DNA from: Saccharolobus islandicus REY15A | GTDB taxonomy: Archaea > Thermoproteota > Thermoprotei_A > Sulfolobales > Sulfolobaceae | DNA: 64,000 bases | Assembly (NCBI RefSeq): GCF_000189555.1 | Contig: NC_017276.1 | Reading direction: 5' to 3' (one strand) | In this document: one piece after another, positions 52,599 through 64,000 of the stretch | Layout of the letters: each line of letters opens with the position of its first letter | Numbering within the stretch: position 1 is the stretch's first letter | The notes under the pieces: model-generated | Seen by the model: the letters and a program-made list of their open reading frames with translations, nothing else | Databases searched by the model: none | Told to the model about the DNA's origin: nothing | Position numbers and translations under genes: made by a program

Positions 52599-52630
52599 GA
52601 TAACTTCGGTATAATGCTATTTAAAACTTA

Positions 52631-53260
52631 CTATTCATCATAATTTAAAACTTGTTCAATTATCATTCTGGCTATTTCTAACTTTTTTCTTTTTATCATC
52701 GAAGCTGGTACGTCTCTCTTATAGTATGGTTTAGAGTATTTTCCAATAATTCCGGATTCAAAATCCATGGCATATAATCTTATTTTCCTAGCTCCCATGT
52801 ACTTTGCTAAAACTACGGACCTATCTCCGTCAGTGAACCCACCATATAATCTTAAACGACCAAAAGGCATCACTTGTGAATTCGGAATTACCTTATCCAT
52901 CTCCTTGACCTTAGGTAGTAAACTGATATTATCACCATGAGCCAACACTACGTATATCGGGTTTTTATGGAAATTTTGAAGACCATCCAAATCAGTTACC
53001 ACAATATCAGGGATAACTCCTATATTTATGAGATAGTTTGTGGCACCATCCGCAGCTATTATAACGTCCTCTTCAATCTTATTTATTTTATCCAACTGAG
53101 GACCTGCTCCAACTACTGCAATTTCCCTTCCCTTAATTATGTCTCTCAATTCAGACTCATCGTACTCCTTGGTTACTAGATAGTTTAGTATTGATGCAGA
53201 AATATAGTCATCCCTTTCTTTAAATCCGAACCAACTCCTTACTATTTTATAAAAGTTCAA
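52631..53260 (-). CDS. 6-hydroxymethylpterin diphosphokinase MptE-like (DUF115)
   Basis: VVGAGP, IAADGA, VVTDLDG, HGDN and GGFTDGDR motifs. Confidence 0.88.
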   Translation of the reverse strand: MNFYKIVRSWFGFKERDDYISASILNYLVTKEYDESELRDIIKGREIAVVGAGPQLDKINKIEEDVIIAADGATNYLINIGVIPDIVVTDLDGLQNFHKNPIYVVLAHGDNISLLPKVKEMDKVIPNSQVMPFGRLRLYGGFTDGDRSVVLAKYMGARKIRLYAMDFESGIIGKYSKPYYKRDVPASMIKRKKLEIARMIIEQVLNYDE

Positions 53261-53460
53261 CCATCCGAACGTACTATAAAGTAAATTATATCACCTTCTT
53301 CCTTAATTATGTCAATGTTGTAGTTACCTTTTATTGTCTCGAAATATGGATTTTTTAAATTTATCTTAAATATTACATTATTGTGAAGCAAGTACTCAAT
53401 TGCCTCTAATGGATCACTCGAACACGTGTAGGAGTCTAGATCAATCGTGATATTCATCAT
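53257..53460 (-). CDS. Small hypothetical protein, weakly TusA/SirA-like
   Basis: [12 protein letters not shown] resembles LDxxGxxCP; coupled to mptE-like gene by TTGA overlap. Confidence 0.6.
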   Translation of the reverse strand: MMNITIDLDSYTCSSDPLEAIEYLLHNNVIFKINLKNPYFETIKGNYNIDIIKEEGDIIYFIVRSDG

Positions 53461-53833
53461 ATATTCCCTCAACCTCTTCTAGAATTTTCGTAATTTCGTC
53501 AACCAACATTTCCGCTTCCTTATTCCTTATTATCACAGTTGGAGTTTTCAGAGACGACTCGTTTATCAAGGTTATTGGTATTAGTTTTAGTTCGAGATCC
53601 CTTAATTTCTTCTCTATATTACTTTCATCATTAAGCATTATTGTAGTATTCCAAAGGAGTTCATATCTAAATATATCCTTTAAAGCCAATAACACTCTAG
53701 CTAAATTTTCTATAGTATCTAAGCTTCTTACCACAGTGTAGTAAAGATCTCCATCCTCAAAGGCTATTTGTGCCTCTTTTAACGTTCTTCTAGCCCTGAG
53801 CAAATATTCAGCAGCTACTAGACTTTTATCCAT
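53441..53833 (-). CDS. HEPN-domain-like protein
   Basis: AEYLLRARRTLKEAQIAFEDGDLYY...ENLARVLL matches the HEPN N-terminal pattern; start moved to ATG53833. Confidence 0.7.
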   Translation of the reverse strand: MDKSLVAAEYLLRARRTLKEAQIAFEDGDLYYTVVRSLDTIENLARVLLALKDIFRYELLWNTTIMLNDESNIEKKLRDLELKLIPITLINESSLKTPTVIIRNKEAEMLVDEITKILEEVEGIYDEYHD

Positions 53834-54203
53834 TTTTCTCATCCTCTGAAGAGTATAGTACTTTTCCATGATTATTTAGATACTCAATTATTGGTATTTC
53901 GTATTCCAATTCCTTAGGAGATAATATTAATCCATAGATTTTAGGTAAATCTCCATGGCTTAAGATAAAATTCTTAGTACTCTCCTTATTCTTTACCTTA
54001 TTGTAGAAGAACGAAAATATTTCACCCCTAGCATAAAGTGAGATTTTAGAGACTTTATCTAACACTAATAAATAAATTACCTCCTCAGTCTCATCAAATT
54101 TTTCAAAGGATTTTCCACCAACTATGATCTTTTTCACGTAATCCCCGTACCATTCTATAAAAAGAGAGGATAAGTCCTCAATTACACTTAGAAGTAACTT
54201 CAT
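53826..54203 (-). CDS. Degenerate minimal nucleotidyltransferase (MNT)-like protein
   Basis: KIIVGGK...IYLLVLD and LILSPKEL patterns; sits directly upstream of the HEPN gene. Confidence 0.55.
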   Translation of the reverse strand: MKLLLSVIEDLSSLFIEWYGDYVKKIIVGGKSFEKFDETEEVIYLLVLDKVSKISLYARGEIFSFFYNKVKNKESTKNFILSHGDLPKIYGLILSPKELEYEIPIIEYLNNHGKVLYSSEDEKNG

Positions 54204-54235
54204 GTTTAATAGTTAGTTACTCAATATAAAAAATT

Positions 54236-54739
54236 ATGAATGAAGATGGCGAAAGTTACTTGAAGGAGCGAATTAGTATCACTTTACCAATTCTAAACAT
54301 ATCTGTACCTTGTAATACTACTTGTATTATGACGAGTAAGTATAAACATCTTCTCTCAATAGAGAATTTCAAGGCACAATTAGAAATATTAGATAGTCTC
54401 ATTAATTTAATTGAAGATAAAATATACACGCTAAGATATGAGATCGAGGATAAGTTCTCTCACTATAAGGCTAACATTAATATAGATAATTTAGTATATG
54501 CGATTTACAAGATGATTGAGGAGGGTGGAAATATGGTCCTAGGCGAAAAGATATATTTCGGAAATAAGGAAGTAGCTTACGGTGATTATACTGTTTTAAT
54601 AGGCTTCCACAGTCTTGTTGAAAAGATTGTAAAGACTGATTCTAACATTAGATCATTATGTGATGAGATAAGATATTTAAGCGAGTCCACATGGGAACAT
54701 TTTGACAAGAATATAAGGAGGTCTTTAAATGAAAGTTAG
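54236..54739 (+). CDS. Hypothetical protein
   Basis: 167-aa ORF coupled to queD. Confidence 0.75.
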   Translation: MNEDGESYLKERISITLPILNISVPCNTTCIMTSKYKHLLSIENFKAQLEILDSLINLIEDKIYTLRYEIEDKFSHYKANINIDNLVYAIYKMIEEGGNMVLGEKIYFGNKEVAYGDYTVLIGFHSLVEKIVKTDSNIRSLCDEIRYLSESTWEHFDKNIRRSLNES

Positions 54740-55145
54740 AGTTGGTATTGAAGGAATCACAATGGATTCAGCTCATTATACCTTATCGTCATATGCCGAT
54801 AGCCAAATTCATGGTCATACGTATATTATTAATGTGGAAGTTGAGGGTGAAGTCAATGAGAAATCTGGATTTGTAGTAGACTTTAACTTACTTAAAAAGA
54901 TGGTTAGAGAGGTAATACAAGAGTGGGATCATAAACTTATCATACCTAAGGTTGACTTAGATAAGTCGAGGTTTGAAGGGCCGTTCAGGGTGGATTACAA
55001 GGTAATAGATGCTCCATTTCCCACTGCTGAGTATATAGGTATTGAAATAGCAAAGGACATATATCTGAAACTGAATAAAAAGTACAGAATACTTTTAAAG
55101 ATATATGAGGGAAAGGACTCTTACGCAATTATAGAGTATCCATAG
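54729..55145 (+). CDS. queD: 6-pyruvoyltetrahydropterin / 6-carboxytetrahydropterin synthase
   Basis: DSAH, IHGHTY, VVDF, WDH and PTAE motifs. Confidence 0.92.
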   Translation: MKVRVGIEGITMDSAHYTLSSYADSQIHGHTYIINVEVEGEVNEKSGFVVDFNLLKKMVREVIQEWDHKLIIPKVDLDKSRFEGPFRVDYKVIDAPFPTAEYIGIEIAKDIYLKLNKKYRILLKIYEGKDSYAIIEYP

Positions 55146-55164
55146 TCAATAGATCTTTTGTCAA

Positions 55165-55608
55165 TTAGGAGGAGAAAATTAGAAAGCGTAAGCCTATGTT
55201 GTCAATCCACCTACATTCTTTAGATTCCTTTCTGTTCTTGAAACAAAGAATAGAATTATCGTCAAATCTAAAACACCATTCTTTACCCTGCTCAAGTTGC
55301 TTAAATAGCTGATTTATGTTTTTCACACTCTCTTCTTCTCCATTGCACAAATATCCGTAGATCTCATATCTTTTTATGATCACGTCACGATCAAATACAA
55401 ATACCCCACCAAATATTGCGGGATAACATAACTTCTTGTCCCTATTCTCGCATGCAATATCTATCCTAAAAGATTTAGATAGTTTTAAGAGAAAGTCCTT
55501 TACATCTTCATCTGCATTCTTGAGCGTAATTATTGGGGGAATTACACTGAAGACAAACGTAATATTATCGATCTCTTTTCTTATCATGCTCGGTATGGAA
55601 ATTGTCAT
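55165..55608 (-). CDS. Hypothetical protein
   Basis: 147-aa ORF overlapping the 3' end of the DHPS-like gene. Confidence 0.65.
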   Translation of the reverse strand: MTISIPSMIRKEIDNITFVFSVIPPIITLKNADEDVKDFLLKLSKSFRIDIACENRDKKLCYPAIFGGVFVFDRDVIIKRYEIYGYLCNGEEESVKNINQLFKQLEQGKEWCFRFDDNSILCFKNRKESKECRWIDNIGLRFLIFSS

Positions 55609-57064
55609 TAATTATCTTTTTGAATAATGGTTTGTCCTGGATATAATTTTTATCGAGTTGGTACGCAATTTCAGCCTTTGCTAGTTCATATCCTATATAT
55701 ACTGCATGCTCTTTGCTAATATCCTTAACTCTTCTAATTAATTCTCTACCGATACTAAGTCCATTTTTCCCTTTTATTGTTACCTTGTTTTTACCTATCC
55801 ATTTTACTCCAAATCCGTCTTCGCTCACGAAAATTTTAGCGAATCCACTTTTGTCCATTTCTGGCTCTATATACTCATTAACAATTACGTCAGGGCTAAA
55901 ATACTCCCTAAATATTCTCTTATCCTTAAGTACGAGCAAATCTATGCCTATATCTTTAGGAAGCCTATTTTCCCTCAAAGCTATACCTATCATTTTCGTA
56001 GCTTGTGATAATTCCCAACTGCTCCACTTCGTTTTCCCCTTTTCCATAATTAGCAAGTTAGAAATTCCCAACTCTCCAGCAATAGCAGAGAGAAGTGCGT
56101 TAACTCCCAAACTATCCGCATCAATGAGTTCAGTTACGTTAAGAATTCCCATTAAAATTGGTATATCTTGTAACTTTTCCCTCACGTACTTATACTCAAT
56201 TATACTATTTACTAACCCTCTTAGAGGTGGTGACAACACTGGATCTGCTATTAACTTATCGAATCCCTTCTGTTTAGCTTTTCTAACTAGATCAACAGTT
56301 ATCTCTCCTCTATTTTCAGTATTGAATGGGGCTACAACAAATGCTGCTTCTCTCCTAATTTCCTCAAGTTCCTCCAAGTTAGTTTCATTTAAGTTAAATA
56401 CGAATGAAGCTCCAGCTCTTACACCCTCTTTTAATTCCCTAGGCGATTCAGCATCTATTCCAACAACATGTCCGTAATCCACCAATTGTTTAACCTTGTT
56501 TTTGACTTCATCCAAATCGTAGTGGCCTACCGGAAGACCTAATACTACTACATTAATGTTTTTCTTTAGTCTCTCTAATTTCTCGAATTCTTGCTTATTA
56601 TCTATTTCCAAAAATATTCTGAAAGGAGGTGGATAAGTTGTAATCTTCACCCCATTTATTTCGAAAGAAATCTTAGCCTCTTCTTCTATTTTTCTTAGCT
56701 TATCCTCTATGTTGTCCATTTTACCTATAATCTTATCAGCGGGTTCTGTTGTAGAAAGTTGTACTCCATTTTTTAAGGCCTCAATTACCCTAGGGAGATC
56801 CCAGGCTTCCTCTGTTCCTTTGAATGTTTTCACTCCCGTAACTTCTTCAACAATTTTAGCGTCGCCATATACCATACCAGGCAAAAGTATGTAATCTACA
56901 TCGTATTTCGTCTGCTTCAAGTTCTCTGCTATAAACTTTGTACTCATTAGTGAGGCAACGGGATAGTTAAGTACTTTAATCTCGACCTTGGTATCTTTAA
57001 TGTTCTTAGCAACTTCAGAAAGTATTGGTGCAGCTAGAGTTCCAGTTACTACTAATACTTTCAC
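55565..57064 (-). CDS. Archaeal dihydropteroate synthase-like protein (with DUF4346-type C-terminus)
   Basis: VTGTLA, VAS, LIADPVL, NVTELIDADS and HAVYIGYELAKAE motifs. Confidence 0.85.
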   Translation of the reverse strand: MKVLVVTGTLAAPILSEVAKNIKDTKVEIKVLNYPVASLMSTKFIAENLKQTKYDVDYILLPGMVYGDAKIVEEVTGVKTFKGTEEAWDLPRVIEALKNGVQLSTTEPADKIIGKMDNIEDKLRKIEEEAKISFEINGVKITTYPPPFRIFLEIDNKQEFEKLERLKKNINVVVLGLPVGHYDLDEVKNKVKQLVDYGHVVGIDAESPRELKEGVRAGASFVFNLNETNLEELEEIRREAAFVVAPFNTENRGEITVDLVRKAKQKGFDKLIADPVLSPPLRGLVNSIIEYKYVREKLQDIPILMGILNVTELIDADSLGVNALLSAIAGELGISNLLIMEKGKTKWSSWELSQATKMIGIALRENRLPKDIGIDLLVLKDKRIFREYFSPDVIVNEYIEPEMDKSGFAKIFVSEDGFGVKWIGKNKVTIKGKNGLSIGRELIRRVKDISKEHAVYIGYELAKAEIAYQLDKNYIQDKPLFKKIINDNFHTEHDKKRDR

Positions 57065-57129
57065 ACATTTATTCTAGTTTTTACGGTATTTAATTTCACG
57101 TTTTTAGAATCGTTGAACAAAACTCTTAA

Positions 57130-58919
<1,790 letters not shown>

Positions 58920-60768
58920 CTGAGGGATGTATTTTATTAAGTGCATCTATTAAGTCTTCTTTAGTTAACGTTCTATTGCTTTCTCCTCTCAAGATACTCT
59001 TTAACATTTTCATCTTAGCCTCTCTCGCTAATGCAGACAAGTCAGCTCCTGAATAACCTTCCGTCTGCTCTGCTAAAATTTCGCAATCTACTTTTTCGCA
59101 TTCCTCTTTTCCAATATATTTCATTAGTATATCTAGCCTCTCTTCCCTATTTGGAAGTGGCATATGAATAATTTTATCAAATCTACCTGGTCTCAATAGA
59201 GCTGGATCTATGGCTTTTAATCTATTTGTAGTCCCTATTACAACTACTTCCTTCAAACTTCTTATTCCATCCATCTCTGTTAACAGTTGATTAACAATTT
59301 TCGAAGAATCTGCATAACTCTTATAGTTTCTTTTAGATGCAATTGCATCTAGCTCGTCTAATAAAACTATTGCGGGCTTGTTTTCCCTCGCTCTGTTAAA
59401 TACTTCTTTAATTGCTGCTATTGCACCCTCGTACCCTTTATACATAATCTCAGCTCCACTTAACGCAATTAACTTGACGTTAAGTGTTTTAGCCAATGCC
59501 TTAGCCATCATGGTCTTACCTACACCTGGGGGTCCGTAAAGCAATATTCCCCTAATTGGAGGAACTTTCAATTGTTCCAATAATTTATAGTGATATAATT
59601 GTAACTCTAACAATTCTTTTAATTCAGTTTTTATCTCGTTATAGCCTCCTATATCATTTAAAGTTAATTTCTCTCCTAGCTCATTTTCCTCTTCTCCTTT
59701 ACGTACCCTTCTTTCAAAATCAAGTCTGAATTTCTCATAATCTTCTATCATTTGTAGCGTTATACTAGGCTTATATTTTTTGATCAACTCAATGAAATCT
59801 GCCATAGTTATTTTCCTATCTGCACCTTTTTCTATTGCTTCAGATGCAACTTTCCTCGCTGCCTCTTGACATAAATTAGCCAAGTCCGCTCCACTATACC
59901 TCTCAGTAATTTCAGCTAATTTATCAAAGTCTACATCTTCAGCCAACGGTTTCCCTATACAATGTATTTGTAAAATTTGTTTCCTAGCCTCTTTGTTAGG
60001 TGGGCCAATGTAAATTAATTTATCAAATCTGCCAGCTCTGAGCAATGCCTTATCTAACATTTGAGGAACATTAGTAGACCCTACTACTATTACTCCATCT
60101 TCACTATGTAATCCATCAATTTCCGATAACATTAGGGATAATAATCTAGGTGTTACAGAGTCACCAGTGTGAGACTCTCTTTTAACACCTATTGTGTCTA
60201 TCTCATCAAAGAATAGAATACATGGGGAGTTTTTTCTAGCATTATTAAATAGCTCTCTCAGTCTAGCTTCACTCTCTCCATACCACTTGCTCATAATATC
60301 ACTTATGTTAACGTAGAGAAAGTTTAATTTAGATTCGTTAGCTAATGCTCTCATCATCATAGTTTTTCCACAACCTGGAGGGCCAAACAATAACATTCCC
60401 TTAGGCGGTTTTAAGCCATATTTCATTGCAACATCCCTATTTTTTAAGGGCAATTCTATGTACTCTTTTATCTCTTTTTTGGCATCCTCATATCCCCCTA
60501 TATCATTCCAGGTTATCTTTTTATCCTCTACCTCGACTTTTTTCTTCTGTGATTTATTCTGTAATTGCAAAGCTTTATCGGAATAGGCGAATTTGGCAGT
60601 GGATTTTCCAAAAATCTTCATGAGTATGATTATTAGTACTGCTAAGCTAATAAATATAATTGCTAAGTTAAGTACGGGCTCTATCAATTTAAATCAAGAG
60701 TAATATCTGCCTTTATGATTATAAGCTTATTTCAAAACTTTTTATCTAGAAAAGGACTTAATTAGTAT

Positions 60769-62325
60769 CTACTTATAAATATCTTTTCTCAAATCTTCTA
60801 GAATTTTGATGTGGGCATTATATCCAGGAGCGCCGGTAACACCGCCACCTGGATGAGTTCCAGATCCACAAAGGTAAAGTCCCTTTATTGGTGTGGTATA
60901 ATCACTATAACCTATTAATGGCCGGAAGAAGTATAATTGATCTGGAGTCATATCTAGATGAAAAATATTCCCTCCACTAATTCCGAACCTCCTCTCAATG
61001 TCCAATGGTGTTAAAACTTCATACCTAATAGGTCTGAAATTTGGTGCGAATTCCCTAATTTTCTCAAACGTTATTTCGGCAATTCTATTTTTCATTTCAT
61101 CATTTTTCTTACTGTCGTAAACCAAGTATTGCCCAAATATGGAGAAGGAGAACTTCCCTTGTGGAGCTACTGTAGGGTCTACGGAGGATTGAATATTAAT
61201 GGAAAGCCAAGGTTCCTTAGAGTATCCTAAGGTTCTGGCGTCGTCATAAGCTTTCTCTATGTATTTCATGTTTGGCATTATCAATTCAGAAGCCACATGT
61301 TCGGGTGATAGGCTCTTGCCATTGCCAAAATCTGGTAATTCCTCCAAGTATCCAACGATCTTAAATGATACACCAACGTTTTTCAAAGCTTTTACTCTTC
61401 TAATGAGATCTTCCTCTAGATTTGCATTTCTTAAAAGTTTAAAGAACGTTGTTTTAGGATCAGCATTTGAAACGACAATTTTAGCGTTTATTATTTTTCC
61501 ATTTTTCAGTTTGATACCTTCTACCTTTCCATTCTTTACTAATATCTCATCAACTTCAGCATTAGTGTAAATCTCAGCCCCAAGGTGTTCAGCTGATCTT
61601 TTAAGAGCTTGAGTAACCCCTCCCATTCCTCCTTCTACGTAACCCCAAGCTCCTTTCACACCATTTACTTCACCTATAACATGATGAGCAAGTACATATG
61701 CCGTTCCCGGAGTCGAAGGTGAGGCAAAGGTTCCTACGACAGAGTCTTCTGCCAATGCTGATTTAACTTCATCTGTTTCAAAATACTCATCAAGTAATGA
61801 TTTTGCATCTTGCATGAAGGTTCTTAAGAAACTTAGCGCTAATTCTTCATTCACGTTTCTCTTAAACATCTCAAGTAAGTTCTTAGCTTCATCTATATGT
61901 AGAGGAGGGTTTAACATGAAGAAATCTGCTATCTCAGCGAATACGTCCCAGAATTTAACCCATTTTTCATAATTCTTTGCATCTTTTTTTGAGAATTTTT
62001 CTATTTCTTTCTTAGTTTTTTCTAGACTTAACCAGACGTATAATTTTTTACCGTTTTCAAATGGCAAAAATAATCCTGGATCTTTTAAATAAACCTTTAA
62101 TCCAAACTCTCTTAGTTTTAATTCCTCTATTATCTTAGGTCTCAATAGGCTAAGCACATAAGCACCAGTGGAAACTTTAATACCTGGCCATAACTCCTCA
62201 GTAATCGACGCACCACCCACTATTTCCCTTCTCTCAAATACAGCCACTTTTAGTCCGGCCTTGGCTAGATATGCTGCTGTAACTAGTCCATTATGCCCTC
62301 CACCAATAATTGCTACATCTATCAT
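60769..62325 (-). CDS. Phytoene dehydrogenase-like FAD oxidoreductase
   Basis: GGGHNGL, VFERR, GGNIFH and THPGGGVTGAPG motifs. Confidence 0.92.
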   Translation of the reverse strand: MIDVAIIGGGHNGLVTAAYLAKAGLKVAVFERREIVGGASITEELWPGIKVSTGAYVLSLLRPKIIEELKLREFGLKVYLKDPGLFLPFENGKKLYVWLSLEKTKKEIEKFSKKDAKNYEKWVKFWDVFAEIADFFMLNPPLHIDEAKNLLEMFKRNVNEELALSFLRTFMQDAKSLLDEYFETDEVKSALAEDSVVGTFASPSTPGTAYVLAHHVIGEVNGVKGAWGYVEGGMGGVTQALKRSAEHLGAEIYTNAEVDEILVKNGKVEGIKLKNGKIINAKIVVSNADPKTTFFKLLRNANLEEDLIRRVKALKNVGVSFKIVGYLEELPDFGNGKSLSPEHVASELIMPNMKYIEKAYDDARTLGYSKEPWLSINIQSSVDPTVAPQGKFSFSIFGQYLVYDSKKNDEMKNRIAEITFEKIREFAPNFRPIRYEVLTPLDIERRFGISGGNIFHLDMTPDQLYFFRPLIGYSDYTTPIKGLYLCGSGTHPGGGVTGAPGYNAHIKILEDLRKDIYK

Positions 62326-62483
62326 TTAGCTCGCCTGATAGTTAGCCATACTAGAAATCCTATTCCAACTCCTAAAGCCCCAAATCCTATGGAGATATAT
62401 GTAAATGTTTCAATCGTTTGAACAATTGGTGGTGTTATAGTTTTTGTGGCCGTAGCCAATACTGTTATGGGTAACATTGACAT
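62322..62483 (-). CDS. Unannotated 53-aa single-pass membrane protein
   Basis: MSMLPITVLATATKTITPPIVQTIETFTYISIGFGALGVGIGFLVWLTIRRAK; TATA-like box upstream and ATGA coupling to the downstream gene. Confidence 0.7.
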   Translation of the reverse strand: MSMLPITVLATATKTITPPIVQTIETFTYISIGFGALGVGIGFLVWLTIRRAK

Positions 62484-62520
62484 AAACTTAAAAATAAATA
62501 CTTATAACCTTATTGCAAAT

Positions 62521-63621
62521 ATGGATCTGATATTACCAGACTATTATGGAGAGAATATTTACACATTATCTTGTTTTATAGCTGAATACCTTGGAGTTCA
62601 GAGGCAATGTTTGAATAAGATGAATTTAAACGTTAATAGTAAATTGGTTTTAGCATTATTTGATGGTCTAGGTTGGAATATATTTAATCGAACTGGGATA
62701 AATTTACAAGCAACAAAGATAACAAGTGTTTTCCCATCCACAACATCTACTGTATTGACAACATTATTCACCGCATCAACGCCTGGTGAGCATGGTGTTT
62801 TAGGTTATAATACCTTCTCAAAGAGGTTAGGAGGAATCGTAAATACTCTACGTTATACTTATCCTACGGTGAGTGATAGAGATTCCATAAGAGATTCCGT
62901 ACCTTTTTCTTCATCGTTTCCTTATGTTAAAGGCTATTTGAAAGAAGTTCAAGGTAAGAAGGCTATATCTTTAGTGCCTAAGGGAATTGAAAATACCGAG
63001 TTTAGCAATGCTACGCATGGAGCTTCTGGTGAGTCGAAAACTTATGTTAACTTTTGGGATGCGTTTTATCAACTCTCACAGATTTTACAACAAGACGCAT
63101 ATGACTTTATCTACTTTTACGTTCCAGATGTGGATACTTTGTCTCATAAATATGGGCCGTATACAGATCCTACCATTAAATCTGCAAGAGATATTCTGAT
63201 CGGCATCTTAGAGATTTCAGAAAAACATAAGAAATATAGTTTTATAATAACAGCAGATCATGGCCACGTTCCCGTTTCTGAAACTATACTCTTCAACAAT
63301 GACCAAGACTTACTTAATATGCTTGATGTTCCTCCATATGGAGACTCTAGGGCAATATTTTTAAGAACTAGATATGACGTTTCAATTTATCTCAGCAGAA
63401 AGTATGGAAGCCTTAAAATATTCGGAAAAAGCGATCTTGAAAGGTTACTAGGAAAGATTAAGGACATTTCAGCCTTTCCGGACTATATTGCAGTTCCTAC
63501 TGATTACCGAGCATTCATATTTAATTTTAAGGAAAAAGACGACTATGATAAACTTAAAGGGCATCATGGAGGACTATTGCAAGAGGAATTTGAGATACCT
63601 TTGGTGATCTTGAATGGTTGA
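62521..63621 (+). CDS. Alkaline phosphatase superfamily / nucleotide pyrophosphatase-phosphodiesterase
   Basis: FDGLG, FPSTTS, HGVLG, DTLSH, TADHG and GHHGG motifs; start moved to ATG62521. Confidence 0.9.
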   Translation: MDLILPDYYGENIYTLSCFIAEYLGVQRQCLNKMNLNVNSKLVLALFDGLGWNIFNRTGINLQATKITSVFPSTTSTVLTTLFTASTPGEHGVLGYNTFSKRLGGIVNTLRYTYPTVSDRDSIRDSVPFSSSFPYVKGYLKEVQGKKAISLVPKGIENTEFSNATHGASGESKTYVNFWDAFYQLSQILQQDAYDFIYFYVPDVDTLSHKYGPYTDPTIKSARDILIGILEISEKHKKYSFIITADHGHVPVSETILFNNDQDLLNMLDVPPYGDSRAIFLRTRYDVSIYLSRKYGSLKIFGKSDLERLLGKIKDISAFPDYIAVPTDYRAFIFNFKEKDDYDKLKGHHGGLLQEEFEIPLVILNG

Positions 63622-64000
63622 ATATCATATTCCATCATGGGATGAAATAGAAGACGCAGTTTTTTCAATAGGCGAGGCGTTAGTTAAGAATAATTATATT
63701 CCAGATGTTTTGGTCGCGGTATTAACGGGTGGTATTGTACCGGCTAAACTTCTTTCTGACTTACTAGATTTGAAAGTAATTAGGTATATAGATATAAAAT
63801 TCTATCGTAGCGTTGGAAAAACTGAAAGTAGGCCAGTAATCAGATCCGTATATACTGATTCTTTAGAGGGGAAGAAAGTCCTAGTAATTGATGATGTTGC
63901 TGATACTGGCGAAACCCTGGAGGCGGTTAGTAATGTTATAACCATGTTTAATCCAGCTAAAGTAATGACTGCAACTTTATACTTAAAACCCTGGTCCAAG
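63614..64000 (+). CDS. Purine phosphoribosyltransferase, second paralogue, runs off the window
   Basis: Not in the ORF track. MVEYHIPSWDEI..., LTGGIVP and VLVIDDVADTGET PRPP motif. Confidence 0.92.
   Translation, partial: MVEYHIPSWDEIEDAVFSIGEALVKNNYIPDVLVAVLTGGIVPAKLLSDLLDLKVIRYIDIKFYRSVGKTESRPVIRSVYTDSLEGKKVLVIDDVADTGETLEAVSNVITMFNPAKVMTATLYLKPWSK

Noticed and set aside
53260-53295. Possible upstream non-canonical start of the mptE-like gene after a GGTGA motif
   Set aside because: A canonical TTG overlapping the upstream stop (TTGA) explains initiation, and the GGTGA lies in the coding sequence of the upstream gene.

Overview
AT-rich, gene-dense core-genome window from a Sulfolobaceae archaeon. 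From recall, it is nearly identical to, but not the same as, the Saccharolobus solfataricus SSO2342-SSO2424 region, so it is probably S. islandicus or a close relative. It holds housekeeping genes for purine/MTA salvage, lipid and quinone synthesis (hexaprenyl-PP synthase, DGGGPL reductase), the non-canonical sdhABCD operon, MoxR/vWA, SSB, MoeA, ThrB/MetB, ribosome biogenesis and translation initiation (Dim2, Rio1, aIF1A, MtaB, aIF2beta, NMD3), RNase HII, AapF/AapE pilus assembly, ThiDN, MoaD-MoaE, archaeal CoA synthesis (PoK, PPS, PanB), an ABC exporter, pterin enzymes, TrxB and a membrane-anchored double AAA+ ATPase. There is no CRISPR array, rRNA, tRNA or intact IS element. The main observations missed by the ORF track are: (1) leuA has no in-frame start before its catalytic motif, and a leaderless Leu-rich 21-codon ORF joins it by a -1 shift on an A-AAA-AAA heptamer followed by a Leu codon, a candidate leucine-sensing programmed frameshift; (2) a 400-bp gap at about 49.76-50.16 kb carries a promoter-equipped IS605/TnpB omega-RNA-like remnant and a divergent K-turn RNA beside the unannotated 58-aa cell-cycle regulator aCcr1; (3) a box C/D sRNA, a GC-rich K-turn hairpin, a probable ATT start codon, an unannotated 53-aa membrane protein and several catalytically degenerate enzymes. 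All functional calls come from motif recognition and recall; no database search was run.
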